Assembly (NCBI GenBank): GCA_039927795.1
Contig: JBDSUI010000100.1
Span: forward strand, 1-36,973
Direction of reading: 5' to 3'
DNA: 36,973 nt
Source: Pseudoxanthomonas sp.
Lineage (GTDB): Bacteria > Pseudomonadota > Gammaproteobacteria > Xanthomonadales > Xanthomonadaceae
The notes under the pieces were generated by a model, which worked only from the letters and a program-made list of their open reading frames with translations, had not been told where the DNA came from and ran no database searches. The position numbers and the translations under genes are program-made. Each line of letters starts with the position of its first letter. Within the stretch, counting starts at the first letter, position 1. Below, in pieces: positions 16,749 to 26,488 of this stretch.

Positions 16749-17990
16749 ATGACCGTTTCCAGATGCGCCTCGTTTGCTGTCCTTGCCATGGCTGTCTGCG
16801 CCGGTAGCGCACGCGCCGACGACCTGGTGTTCAACGAGTGCCTTTCAGGACTACGTAGCCAGGCCGCGACTGCTGGCGTGTCCGCCGATACTTTCGCCCG
16901 CTACACGCAGGGACTGGCGCCAGACATGAGCGTACTTGGCCTGCTGGATGCGCAGCCGGAATTCACCACGCCCATCTGGGACTATCTGGCCGCGCTGGTT
17001 GACGAACAACGGGTCACTGAAGGTCTGGCGATGCTGCAAACCCACGCTGCGACCCTCGCCGTGGTAGCGCCCCAGTACGGGGTGGACCCGCAAACGGTGG
17101 TCGCGGTGTGGGGGGTGGAAAGCGATTACGGCAAGACCTTCGGCAAGCGGCCGTTGCTGGTGTCGCTGGGCACGCTGTCGTGTTTCGGCCGTCGCCAGGC
17201 CTTTTTCCGTGGCGAATTTTTCGCCACCCTCAAATTGCTGCAATCCGGCGACCTGCAACCCGAAGGCCTGAACGGTTCGTGGGCCGGTGCGTTCGGCCAT
17301 ACCCAGTTCATGCCTACGACTTATCAGCGCATCGCGGTGGACGGTGACGGCGATGGTCGTCGCGACCTGGTCGCCAGCATTCCCGACGCCTTGGCTTCCA
17401 CCGCCAATTACCTGAAGAAGGCGGGATGGCGTACAGGTGAGCCTTGGGGTTATGAAGTCAGGTTGCCGGCCGGCTTTGACACGGCGCTTGCGGGGCGCAA
17501 GAACAAGCGACCCCTCAATGACTGGGTCGCGCGCGGGCTGACTCGTGTCGATGGCACGCCACTGCCTGCCGCTGCGACAACAGCCGGTGTACTGCTGCCT
17601 GCAGGCGTGCAAGGGCCGGCGTTCCTGGTGTTTCGAAATTTCGATGCGATCTATTCCTATAACGCCGCCGAAAGCTATGCGCTGGCCATTGCTACCTTGT
17701 CCGACCGGCTGCGCGGTGCACCCGCACTGACCACGCCTTGGCCTACCGATGATCCGGGCCTGGGCCGCGCTGACCGCAAACAGTTGCAGCAGTTGCTGCT
17801 GGCCCGCGGCCACGTCATCGGTGAAGCCGACGGCATGATCGGCACGCTGACGCGTCGCGCGATAGTGGCCGAACAGGTGCGGTTGGGCTTGCAGCCGCAG
17901 GATGGTCGCGCAGGACGCAAGATCCTGGAGGCTTTGCGGAAAGAAGGACCGCCGCTGGTACTGCCCTCAGCGGAACCGAGGGTTCGGTAG
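16749..17990 (+). CDS. Lytic murein transglycosylase (MltB/SltB family, SLT_2) with C-terminal peptidoglycan-binding domain
   Basis: Signal peptide, QPEF, catalytic VWGVESDYG, GSWAGAFGHTQFMP, EF-hand-like DGDGDGRRDL, YN..SYAL, DGMIGTLTRRAI. Confidence 0.93.
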   Translation: MTVSRCASFAVLAMAVCAGSARADDLVFNECLSGLRSQAATAGVSADTFARYTQGLAPDMSVLGLLDAQPEFTTPIWDYLAALVDEQRVTEGLAMLQTHAATLAVVAPQYGVDPQTVVAVWGVESDYGKTFGKRPLLVSLGTLSCFGRRQAFFRGEFFATLKLLQSGDLQPEGLNGSWAGAFGHTQFMPTTYQRIAVDGDGDGRRDLVASIPDALASTANYLKKAGWRTGEPWGYEVRLPAGFDTALAGRKNKRPLNDWVARGLTRVDGTPLPAAATTAGVLLPAGVQGPAFLVFRNFDAIYSYNAAESYALAIATLSDRLRGAPALTTPWPTDDPGLGRADRKQLQQLLLARGHVIGEADGMIGTLTRRAIVAEQVRLGLQPQDGRAGRKILEALRKEGPPLVLPSAEPRVR

Positions 17991-18066
17991 GGCTTCGCTG
18001 CTGGTAAGCCTGACACAGGCTTTCGCGCGCGGAGTTTGGTCGCGATCGAGCCTAGTACGCCAAGCG

Positions 18067-18141
18067 CGTGGTTCGTCACGCTCACCACGAACGAATTAAC
18101 AACGCACCACGAACGTCGTTCGACAGGCGCGCCGCGAACGG
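18067..18141. repeat. Degenerate REP-like palindromic repeat cluster between convergent genes
   Basis: CGTGGTTCGTCACGCTCACCACGAACG (18067-93) and CGTCGTTCGACAGGCGCGCCGCGAACG (18114-40) match at 21/27. CACCACGAACG repeats exactly at 18083 and 18105. Confidence 0.6.
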
Positions 18142-18245
18142 CTCTAAACGCGCAGCGCAAACGGTTTCAGCGGCTCATCACTGACCTGTTTTTTGATCAG
18201 CTCACCAGGGTGAACGGCTGTGTGGCAACGGAAGAGCCGCCGCTA

Positions 18246-21200
18246 CTAAGCCCGCTGCAGCAGCGGGATTTCGCGCGGATTGTTCCACTTCGCCAGCAAC
18301 GCGGCTTCGCGGGCCTTGGCGCTATGCAGGTGGGCTTCCTTGACATGCCCGTAGCCGCGGATGTGTTCGGGGATGCTGGCAATTTCAGCGGCCAGCGGCA
18401 GGTTGCCGGCCTCCAGCGCGGGCAGCAGCTTACCGAGCGTTAGCTCGTATTCACCGATCAACGCGCGCTCGCTTTTGCGCTCATCGCTGTAGCCGAAAAT
18501 GTCGAACAGACCACCGCGCAGGAACTTGAACTTCGCCATCAGCTTGAAGGCGCTGAAGATCCACGGGCCGAATTCCTGTTTGATCAGGCGGCCCTGCGCA
18601 TCCTTCTTGGCCAGCAGCGGTGGCGCCAGGTGGAAGTGCAATTTGTAATCGCCTTCGAACTGCTGTTCGAGCTTTCGCTTGAAGTCGCCGCTGGTGTACA
18701 GGCGCGCGACTTCATATTCATCCTTGTAGGCCATCAGCTTGAAGAAATAGCGCGCCACCGCCTCGCTCAACGCGGTGGAGCCGGGCGCGCGCATGTGCTC
18801 GGCATCGCGCACCTGGTCGACCAGCGTGCGGTAACGCTGCGCATAGGCCGCATTCTGGTACTCGGTCAGGAAGGCGACGCGACGCTGGATCAGTTCGTCC
18901 AGCGAGCGTGACAGGCGCAGGTCATCCAGCGGCAGGAAGGCTACGTTGCCGTCCAGGCTGCCCGCATCCTGCAGGCCGCGCACTTCGTGTTCGTTGTCCG
19001 GCGTGCGTGGCGCGCTGGGGCCGGCCATGTCGCTGGTCTCCCAGTCGCCCGGCGGCAGGATCTGCAGGTTGTGCTGCGGAACGCGCTCGGATTCGGTCTG
19101 GGTGTTGTGGATGACCCCGGCCGCTTCGGCAACCGCCGAGGGATTGACCACCGCCAACCGGCCCCAGGCGAAGGCCTGGCGATTCATTTCAACGGCCGCC
19201 CCGTTCAATTCCACGGCCCGCATGATCGCCTCGTAGGCAATCGGCACCAACCCCTGCTGCCAGGCGTAGCCGAGCATGAACAGGTTGGAGGCAATCGCAT
19301 CGCCCAGCAGTGCCGTCGCCAGCACCGTTGCGTCGACCTGCAGCGGCGCGCGTCCACCCAGCGCCTGGCTGACCGCAGCAACGATGCCGGCGGCGGGGAA
19401 TTCCATGTCCGGGCGCGTGGTGAAGGTGCCGGGCATCGCCTGGTAGGTGTTGAGCACGACCTGCGAACGTTCGCCGCGCACCTTCGACAGCACCCAGTAG
19501 TCGTTGACCACCACCATGTCGCAACCCAGCACCACGTCGGCCTCACCGGCGGCGATGCGCACCGCGTGAATGTCTTCGGGCGCGCGCGCGATGCGGATAT
19601 GGGTGGTGACCGCGCCGCCCTTCTGGGCCAGGCCGGTCTGGTCAAGCACGCTGGCGCCCTTGCCTTCCAGGTGGCCGGCCATGCCCAGCAGCGCACCGAT
19701 GGTGACCACGCCGGTGCCGCCGACGCCGGTTATGAGAATGTTCCAGGGCTGCTGGAAATCGGCCTTGAATACCGGCGCCGGAATGCTGGCCAGCAGCGCG
19801 GCCGGATCCTTTTTCTTGCCCTTGCGCGGGCCGCCGCCATGCACGGTGACGAAGCTGGGGCAGAAGCCATTGACGCAGGAATAGTCTTTGTTGCAGTTGG
19901 ACTGGTCGATCTCGCGCTTGCGCCCGAATTCGGTTTCCTTGGGCAGCACCGACACACAGAAACTCTTCACCCCGCAATCGCCGCAGCCTTCGCAGACCAG
20001 CGTATTGACCAGCACCCGCTTCTGCGGATCGACGATCTTGCCGCGTTTGCGCCGGCGCCGTTTTTCAGTGGCGCAGACCTGGTCGTAGATCAGGATGGAC
20101 ACGCCTTTCACTTCGCGCAATTGCTTCTGCACCTCGTCCAGCAGCTTGCGGTCGTAGAACTCCACGCCAGACGGGAAGATCTCGGGCTTGTCCCACTTGC
20201 CGATTTCATCGCTGACCACGACGATCGCCTGCACGCCTTCGGAGCGCATCATGTGCGCGATCTGCGGCACCGACAGGGTTCCATCGACCGGCTGGCCGCC
20301 AGTCATGGCCACCGCATCGTTGTAGAGGATCTTGTAGGTGATATTGACGCCGGTGGCGACCGACTGGCGGATGGCCAGCGAGCCGGAATGGAAGAAGGTA
20401 CCGTCGCCCAGGTTCTGGAATACGTGCGGTGTGTCAGTGAACGGCGCCTGCCCCGACCAGGTCACGCCTTCGCCCCCCATGTGGGTGAAGGTGTCGGTGT
20501 CGCGGTCCATCCAGGTGACCATGTAATGGCAGCCGATGCCGCCCAGCGCACGCGAGCCTTCCGGCACCACGGTTGAAGTGTTGTGCGGGCAGCCGCTGCA
20601 GTAATGCGGCACGCGCGGGAAGTTGGCGCGCGGCAGCGCCATCTCGGCTTCCTTTTCGTCCATCCAGCGCAGCCGCTGTTCAATGGATTCGGTAGGGAAA
20701 AAACGCTGGATGCGCTTGCCGATGACGCCTGCAATGGTGGCCGGTGTGAGTTCGCCGGTGGATGGCAGTATCCATTCGCCAGCTTCATCGTACTTGCCGA
20801 CGATGGACGGGCGCGGACCGGCACTGGCAGGCCAGTTGTAGAACTGTTCCTTCATCTGCCGCTCGATGAAGGCGCGCTTCTCCTCGACCACGACGATGTC
20901 TTCCAGCCCGTGGGCGAAGTTGGCAATGCCCACCGGCTCCAGCGGCCAGGTCATGCCGACTTTGTACACGCGGATGCCGATGTCGGCGCAGGCCTGTTCG
21001 TCCAGACCCAGGTATTCCAGCGCCTGCAGCACGTCCAGGTAGCTCTTGCCGGTGGTGACGATGCCCAGCCGCGCACGTGGCGAATCCAGCACGATGCGGT
21101 CCACGCCATTGGCCCGCGCAAAGGCCTGCGCGGCCTTGACCGCATAACGGTGCAGGCGCATTTCCTGGTCCAGCGGCGGATCCGGCCAGCGGATGCTCAG

Positions 21201-21956
21201 GCCGCCAGCGGGCATCTCGAAGTCCTCCGGCAGCACGATGCGGCGCGCGAACGGATTCACTTCCACCGAGGCCGAGGACTCCACCGTTTCGGCAATGGTC
21301 TTGAAGCCGACCCAGCGCCCGGTGTAGCGACTCATCGCCCAGCCCACCAGGCCCAGGTCAAGGATGTCCTGCACCCCGGCCGGGTTCAGCACCGGCATCA
21401 TCGCGCTGACGAATTCATCTTCCGAGCCATGCGGCAGGGTCGAACTTCGGCAGTTGTGGTCATCGGCGGCCATCGCCAGCACGCCGCCGTGCGTCGAGGT
21501 GCCGGCCGCATTGGCGTGCTTGAACACGTCCCCGCAGCGGTCCACGCCCGGGCCCTTGCCGTACCACATCGAGTACACGCCCTGGACCCTGGCCCCGGGG
21601 AACAGGTTGGTCTGCTGGGTGCCCCAGACCATGGTCGCGCCCAGGTCCTCATTCAAGCCGGGAATGAATTTCACCTTCGCCTCGGCCAAATGCTGCTTGG
21701 CGCGCCACAGTTCCAGGTCAAAACCACCCAGCGGCGAGCCGCGATAGCCGCTGATGAAACCGGCCGTATCCAGCCCGGCGGCCTGGTCGCGCAGGCGTTG
21801 CATCAACGGCAGCCGGACCAGTGCCTGGACTCCGCTCAGGTAGATGCGGCCATCGGTACGCGTGTATTTGTGTTCCAGGCTGTAGTCGTTGTCCAGCACG
21901 TCGATGACCGGTGTATTGGCGGACGAGGGCGAGGTGAGTTCGGCGGTGCTGGTCAT
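18246..21956 (-). CDS. Single-chain indolepyruvate:ferredoxin oxidoreductase family protein (fused alpha/beta/ferredoxin/gamma + C-terminal domain), 1236 aa
   Basis: SGYRGSPLG, WYGKGPGVDR, YCSGCPH, GIGCH, TPP motif GDGTFFHSG...NDAVAMTGGQ, CEGCGDC...C and C..DYSC..GFCP Fe-S motifs, GVGGTGV, GLAQKGG, YKDEYEVARL, IRGYGHVK. Tandem TAG TAG stops. Confidence 0.95.
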   Translation of the reverse strand: MTSTAELTSPSSANTPVIDVLDNDYSLEHKYTRTDGRIYLSGVQALVRLPLMQRLRDQAAGLDTAGFISGYRGSPLGGFDLELWRAKQHLAEAKVKFIPGLNEDLGATMVWGTQQTNLFPGARVQGVYSMWYGKGPGVDRCGDVFKHANAAGTSTHGGVLAMAADDHNCRSSTLPHGSEDEFVSAMMPVLNPAGVQDILDLGLVGWAMSRYTGRWVGFKTIAETVESSASVEVNPFARRIVLPEDFEMPAGGLSIRWPDPPLDQEMRLHRYAVKAAQAFARANGVDRIVLDSPRARLGIVTTGKSYLDVLQALEYLGLDEQACADIGIRVYKVGMTWPLEPVGIANFAHGLEDIVVVEEKRAFIERQMKEQFYNWPASAGPRPSIVGKYDEAGEWILPSTGELTPATIAGVIGKRIQRFFPTESIEQRLRWMDEKEAEMALPRANFPRVPHYCSGCPHNTSTVVPEGSRALGGIGCHYMVTWMDRDTDTFTHMGGEGVTWSGQAPFTDTPHVFQNLGDGTFFHSGSLAIRQSVATGVNITYKILYNDAVAMTGGQPVDGTLSVPQIAHMMRSEGVQAIVVVSDEIGKWDKPEIFPSGVEFYDRKLLDEVQKQLREVKGVSILIYDQVCATEKRRRRKRGKIVDPQKRVLVNTLVCEGCGDCGVKSFCVSVLPKETEFGRKREIDQSNCNKDYSCVNGFCPSFVTVHGGGPRKGKKKDPAALLASIPAPVFKADFQQPWNILITGVGGTGVVTIGALLGMAGHLEGKGASVLDQTGLAQKGGAVTTHIRIARAPEDIHAVRIAAGEADVVLGCDMVVVNDYWVLSKVRGERSQVVLNTYQAMPGTFTTRPDMEFPAAGIVAAVSQALGGRAPLQVDATVLATALLGDAIASNLFMLGYAWQQGLVPIAYEAIMRAVELNGAAVEMNRQAFAWGRLAVVNPSAVAEAAGVIHNTQTESERVPQHNLQILPPGDWETSDMAGPSAPRTPDNEHEVRGLQDAGSLDGNVAFLPLDDLRLSRSLDELIQRRVAFLTEYQNAAYAQRYRTLVDQVRDAEHMRAPGSTALSEAVARYFFKLMAYKDEYEVARLYTSGDFKRKLEQQFEGDYKLHFHLAPPLLAKKDAQGRLIKQEFGPWIFSAFKLMAKFKFLRGGLFDIFGYSDERKSERALIGEYELTLGKLLPALEAGNLPLAAEIASIPEHIRGYGHVKEAHLHSAKAREAALLAKWNNPREIPLLQRA

Positions 21957-22018
21957 GGCTGGCCCGGGGGAGTGGAGGCGGCTGGCGGCGCCGGAGCAGC
22001 CCCGGCGTAGCGTTGCAA

Positions 22019-22027
22019 ATTGTATCA
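22019..22027 (-). promoter_or_regulatory. Putative extended -10 promoter (TGA-TACAAT) for the IOR gene
   Basis: Minus strand reads ...GCTGATACAAT..., about 60 nt upstream of ATG 21956. Confidence 0.5.
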
Positions 22028-22120
22028 GCGGGGTTTTTGGTGACTCGGCGGACTCGCAGTTGGTGCGCTGCAGCGGTTACGATGGCCGCTTGCAAAGTCG
22101 TTTGTGGCAAGGGGATCAGC

Positions 22121-22750
22121 GTGACTTTATCCAGGATTTTGATGGCCGCCGTCCTGGCTGCCGTGGTTTTTGGCGCTCAGGCACAGAGCTCAATCAAGCC
22201 CAAGGAATTCTATTTCGATGCCGACGCGACCACGTCGCGCAAGATCGTGGTGGTCCAGGGCGATGGTGAAAAACAGGTCGCAGATCTGGTCAAGATGCGG
22301 GAGCGTGGCCGCAAGTCCGTGGAAGCCACTGCGCAGCTTGCCCATGTGGCGATTGGCGACGGTCGCGCCCCATTGGGCAAGTCCCTGTATGAAGAGGCGC
22401 TTTCGGCGACCACACTGGGCAGCGCCACCGGCAGGACGGTACGCTGGAACTACGCTTGGGATCTGTATCTGAACGGAGATTTTGCCCAGGCGTTCGGACT
22501 CTGGAATGAGCTGGCGGGCGGGTTCGGAGAGCCGGTCTGGTTGCCTTCGACCATGGCGATCTCGCTGTGGAGTCTGGATCGCAAAGCAGAAGCCGTGCAG
22601 TGGTATGCCGCGGCCGTGCGCACCGAGCCCGGTCTGTGGGGTGATCCAGCCAACTACCCCTCGCTGCTGCCGGACTGGCGTGAACAGGATCGCCGTCGCC
22701 TGGCTGAAGTCTTTGCAGCCTGGCAGGCGGCGCCCCCCGCCTGGCCGTGA
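22121..22750 (+). CDS. Exported hypothetical protein with TPR-like helical repeats
   Basis: GGGGA RBS then GTG; signal peptide MTLSRILMAAVLAAVVFGAQA|Q; TPR-like segments WNYAWDLYLNGDFAQA and EAVQWYAAAVR. Confidence 0.75.
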   Translation: MTLSRILMAAVLAAVVFGAQAQSSIKPKEFYFDADATTSRKIVVVQGDGEKQVADLVKMRERGRKSVEATAQLAHVAIGDGRAPLGKSLYEEALSATTLGSATGRTVRWNYAWDLYLNGDFAQAFGLWNELAGGFGEPVWLPSTMAISLWSLDRKAEAVQWYAAAVRTEPGLWGDPANYPSLLPDWREQDRRRLAEVFAAWQAAPPAWP

Positions 22751-23101
22751 GGCTGGGCGGCATCTGCGGCACTGTTCAAGGTCTGCCGGTGTTGTGGCAT
22801 GACCATGGCGCCGTGGACGGCACGACGATCAACCCGATCAACATCGCCTGTGCCTGAAGCGCCTGCCGAGCCAGGTCCGAATCCCGCTAGCGCGCCCTTG
22901 CAGGCAAGTCCGTGCGTGCGACTGCTCCAGTCTGGAATTCGCTGAGCCTGTCCCGCATTCCGCATGCGCACAGGTCAGCCGGGTTTCCTGGCGATCGGGC
23001 CGAGACCGTTACGGCATCACCGGCGGCTTGCTTCGCAGCTGCTAAGGTCGACGCAGCCACCGGCACGCCGGTTTTTCCATTCGCGCTGCGGAGCACCGAC
23101 C

Positions 23102-24805
23102 ATGCGTTTGCCCTTGCTGCTGCTGCCAATACTGGCCCTTGCCCTGCCATTGCAGGCGGCCGACCGCATCACCGGCCGTGATTTCACCACCCGCTCCGAA
23201 GTGATCGCCCCGCATGCGATGGCCGCAACCTCACACCCGCTGGCCACCCAGATCGCGCTGGACGTGATGAAGCAGGGCGGCAGCGCGGTGGATGCCGCCA
23301 TCGCCGCCAATGCCGCGCTGGGCCTGATGGAACCCACCGGTAGTGGAATGGGTGGCGACCTGTTTGCGATCGTCTGGGACCCGAAGACCAGCAAGCTCTA
23401 CGGCTACAACGGTTCGGGTCGTTCACCAGAATCGTTGACGCTCGCCTACTTCGAGCAGCAGGGACTCAAGGACATTCCGCCGCTGGGGCCGTTGCCGGTC
23501 AGCGTACCGGGCGCCGTGGACGGCTGGTTTGCCTTGCATGGCCGCTTCGGCGCGCTGCCCATGAAGGACCTGCTGGCGCCAACCATCCGTTACGCACGTG
23601 AGGGCCATCCGGTCGCCGAAACCATCGCCTATTACTGGGCACGTTCGGTGCCACGGCTGTCGCCGTATCCCGGCTTCAAGGAACAGTTCACCCTCAACGG
23701 GCGCGCCCCGCGCACCGGTGAGATGTGGAAGAACCCCAACCTGGCCGACACCCTGCAGAAGATTGCCGACGGCGGTCGTGATGCGTTCTACAAGGGCGAT
23801 GTCGCCCGCAGCATCGGTGACTACTTCAAGGCCAACGGAGGTTTCCTCAGCTACGATGACCTGGCCGCCCACCACGGCGAATGGGTGGAGCCGGTCAGCA
23901 CCAACTACCGTGGTTTTGAGGTGTGGGAACTGCCGCCTAACGGCCAGGGCATCGCCGCCTTGCAGATGCTCAACGTGCTGGAGGGCTACGATTTCTCGAA
24001 AATTGCCTACGGCAGTGCCGAGCACGTCCACCTGTTCGTGGAAGCCAAGAAGCTGGCCTTCGCCGATCGTGCGCGCTGGTATGCCGATCCTGCCTTCCAG
24101 CCAGCGCCGGTAGCCAGGCTGGTTTCCAAGGCGTATGCGGATTCACGCCGCAAGCTGATTTCCGCTGACAAGCCCCTGCGCGAAGTACAGCCGGGCACGC
24201 CGGCCGAACTTGATGAAGGCGACACCATCTATCTGACCACCGCCGACGCCAACGGCATGATGGTCTCGCTGATCCAGTCCAACTACCGTGGCATGGGCAG
24301 CGGCATGGCGCCGCCGGGACTGGGTTTCATCCTGCAGGACCGCGGCGAGATGTTTGTGCTCAAGCGCGGCCATCCCAATACCTACGCACCCGGCAAGCGT
24401 CCGTTCCAGACCATCATCCCGGCCTTCATCACCCGCGACGGTCAGCCGTTCGTGAGCTTCGGCCTGATGGGCGGGGCGATGCAGCCGCAGGGTCACGTGC
24501 AGATCGTGATGAACCTGGTGGACTTCGGCATGAACCTGCAGGAAGCCGGCGACGCCCCGCGCATCCAGCACGAAAACGACAGCGAACCGACCGGGCAGAA
24601 CACGGCGATGAGTGACGGCGGCGTGGTGCAACTGGAGAGCGGATTTGCGTATGAGACCATCCGTGCGCTGATGGACAAGGGCCACCACGTGGAATGGGCG
24701 CTGGGACCGTATGGCGGTTACCAGGCGATCCGTCGCGATGCGCAGAGTGGCGTCTACTTCGGTGCCTCCGAAAGCCGCAAGGATGGACAGGCGGCCGGCT
24801 ACTAG
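23102..24805 (+). CDS. ggt: Gamma-glutamyltransferase (T3 family), exported
   Basis: GGAG RBS, signal peptide, GGSAVDAAIA, EPTGSGMGGD, VPGAVDGW, ELPPNGQG, autoprocessing Thr in EGD|TIYL, PGKRPFQTIIP, MGGAMQPQG, final RKDGQAAGY. Confidence 0.93.
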   Translation: MRLPLLLLPILALALPLQAADRITGRDFTTRSEVIAPHAMAATSHPLATQIALDVMKQGGSAVDAAIAANAALGLMEPTGSGMGGDLFAIVWDPKTSKLYGYNGSGRSPESLTLAYFEQQGLKDIPPLGPLPVSVPGAVDGWFALHGRFGALPMKDLLAPTIRYAREGHPVAETIAYYWARSVPRLSPYPGFKEQFTLNGRAPRTGEMWKNPNLADTLQKIADGGRDAFYKGDVARSIGDYFKANGGFLSYDDLAAHHGEWVEPVSTNYRGFEVWELPPNGQGIAALQMLNVLEGYDFSKIAYGSAEHVHLFVEAKKLAFADRARWYADPAFQPAPVARLVSKAYADSRRKLISADKPLREVQPGTPAELDEGDTIYLTTADANGMMVSLIQSNYRGMGSGMAPPGLGFILQDRGEMFVLKRGHPNTYAPGKRPFQTIIPAFITRDGQPFVSFGLMGGAMQPQGHVQIVMNLVDFGMNLQEAGDAPRIQHENDSEPTGQNTAMSDGGVVQLESGFAYETIRALMDKGHHVEWALGPYGGYQAIRRDAQSGVYFGASESRKDGQAAGY

Positions 24806-24944
24806 CCGAAGGGATGCGACTGATTAGGGCCGCTTCGGGCGGCTCCCAATTGGCAGGACCGATGCCAGTCCCGAATCCCCGTTACCCAGCAATCGCATAG
24901 GGTTTTCGCGACTGGTTTCGCCCCAATACGGAATCCTGAAGCGC

Positions 24945-26441
24945 TCAATCCGCCGCTACTGTGCGCTCGCTGGCCCAGGCCCGTAACGCCGAGACCTGTT
25001 CGGCCATGATCACCGAGAGCGGGCGAGTGTGGCCCAGCTCCTGCATCAACAGATCGGTGTCCAGCGGCTGTTTCTCCGCATGTGCGGTGTACAGCGCTGC
25101 CACGATGGCCTGTTCGATCTCGGCGCCGGAAAAGCCGTTCGATGCGGCCGCCAATGCGGGCAGGGCAAAAGCGTCCACGGCCAACTTGCGCCGCGACAGG
25201 TGCAGGCGCAGCACTTCCACGCGCGCCTCGGCGTCGGGCAGGTCGACAAAGAAAATCTCGTCGAAGCGGCCCTTGCGCAACAATTCGGCTGGCAGGTCCT
25301 GAACCTGGTTGGCCGTGGCGACGATGAACACGGCGCTCTTGCGTTCGGCCATCCAGGTCAGCAGGTAGCCGAGTACGCGGCGCGATACACCGCCGTCCTC
25401 GCCGCCGCTGGCCAGGCCTTTTTCGATCTCGTCGACCCACAGCACGCATGGTGCCAGCTGCTCGGCCGAAGCCAGCGCATTGCGCAGGTTTTTCTCTGTT
25501 TCGCCGTGGTACTTGTCGTACAGGGTGCCGAAATCCAGCCGCAACAGCGGCACGCCAAAACCACCGGCGGTGGCCTTGGCCAGCATCGACTTGCCGCAGC
25601 CCTGCACGCCGAGCAGCAACATGCCCTTGGGCGGGTCAAGTGGATAAGCGTCCGTTGCTGGCGGCGCGTTGCCGCGTACGAAGATCTCGCGGCGGTGTTC
25701 GATCCAGCGCTTCAGCCGCCTGGCGCCCGCCACGTCGGCAAAGCGCGCGGTGTCGTATTCGTAGTGCAGGTGGCCGCTGCGGTTCAGCAGCTCGAATTTG
25801 AGCTTCGACAGCTGCGGCAGGTCGGCGGCGCTGAGCGCGCCATCGTCGTAGATCAGCTGGCGGGCGATGCGTCGTGCGTCGGTCAGGCTCAGGCCCTGCA
25901 GGTTGCGCACGATCTGCTTGACGGCCTCGCCGTCGGCTTCGACCCGGCGGCCGCCGTTTTCGCGGGCGTAGTCGGTTGCCTCCTCGCGGACCATCTTCAG
26001 TAGTGCGTTGGCGTCGGGCAGGCGCGGGTTGAAGCGCACCGCTAGCGCTTCCAGTTCCGGGGACAGCTCCACCTTGGCGCCCACCAGGACCACCACATGC
26101 GGTTGGCAATGCCGACGCTGGAGAAGATCGCGCAGCTGGCGCTGGCTGCTGGCATAGCCCAGGTAGGGGTGGAAATCGAGCAGCAGGTAGATGCCACGCT
26201 GTTCGGCCTGCTTCATTGCCTGCAGGGCGGCGCTGGCGTCGGGCGGGCCTTCGGCGTCGTCCTCGCGGTCCATGTCGATGCGGCGCAGGCCTTCGGTGAT
26301 CGACCAGCGGTACAGGGCGCGCCAGACCTGTGACAAGGCCTGCTTGAACAAGTCGACGATGCGCGCCTCGTCCTGGGTCTCGATCACGATCAAGGGGGTG
26401 TTGGCGCGGATCAGCGCGGTCAGGTCCTGCAGTTCGGTCAC
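24945..26441 (-). CDS. AAA+ ATPase, Ycf46-like (degenerate N-terminal AAA domain plus active C-terminal AAA domain), 498 aa
   Basis: GTG start at 26441 (the longer listed ORF runs through the heptamer repeats). Walker A GVQGCGKS, Walker B LWVDEIEK, ATAN, arginine finger LRKGRFDEIFFVDLP, FSGAEIEQ. Confidence 0.9.
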   Translation of the reverse strand: MTELQDLTALIRANTPLIVIETQDEARIVDLFKQALSQVWRALYRWSITEGLRRIDMDREDDAEGPPDASAALQAMKQAEQRGIYLLLDFHPYLGYASSQRQLRDLLQRRHCQPHVVVLVGAKVELSPELEALAVRFNPRLPDANALLKMVREEATDYARENGGRRVEADGEAVKQIVRNLQGLSLTDARRIARQLIYDDGALSAADLPQLSKLKFELLNRSGHLHYEYDTARFADVAGARRLKRWIEHRREIFVRGNAPPATDAYPLDPPKGMLLLGVQGCGKSMLAKATAGGFGVPLLRLDFGTLYDKYHGETEKNLRNALASAEQLAPCVLWVDEIEKGLASGGEDGGVSRRVLGYLLTWMAERKSAVFIVATANQVQDLPAELLRKGRFDEIFFVDLPDAEARVEVLRLHLSRRKLAVDAFALPALAAASNGFSGAEIEQAIVAALYTAHAEKQPLDTDLLMQELGHTRPLSVIMAEQVSALRAWASERTVAAD

Positions 26442-26488
26442 GGTGGGTCCAGGTCCTGGGCAGCGCGAACGATAGCAAAGGGCGAAGC

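Noticed and set aside
18987-22010. Long plus-strand ORFs (529 and 475 aa) and similar antisense ORFs elsewhere (e.g. 28371-29996, 26642-27949, 4277-5375)
   Set aside because: They are shadow frames of well-supported genes, expected from high-GC codon bias, and show no recognisable motifs.
23102-24805. GGT as a substitute for the missing EgtC
   Set aside because: It is 15 kb away, has an export signal, and a type II EgtB would not need deglutamylation.
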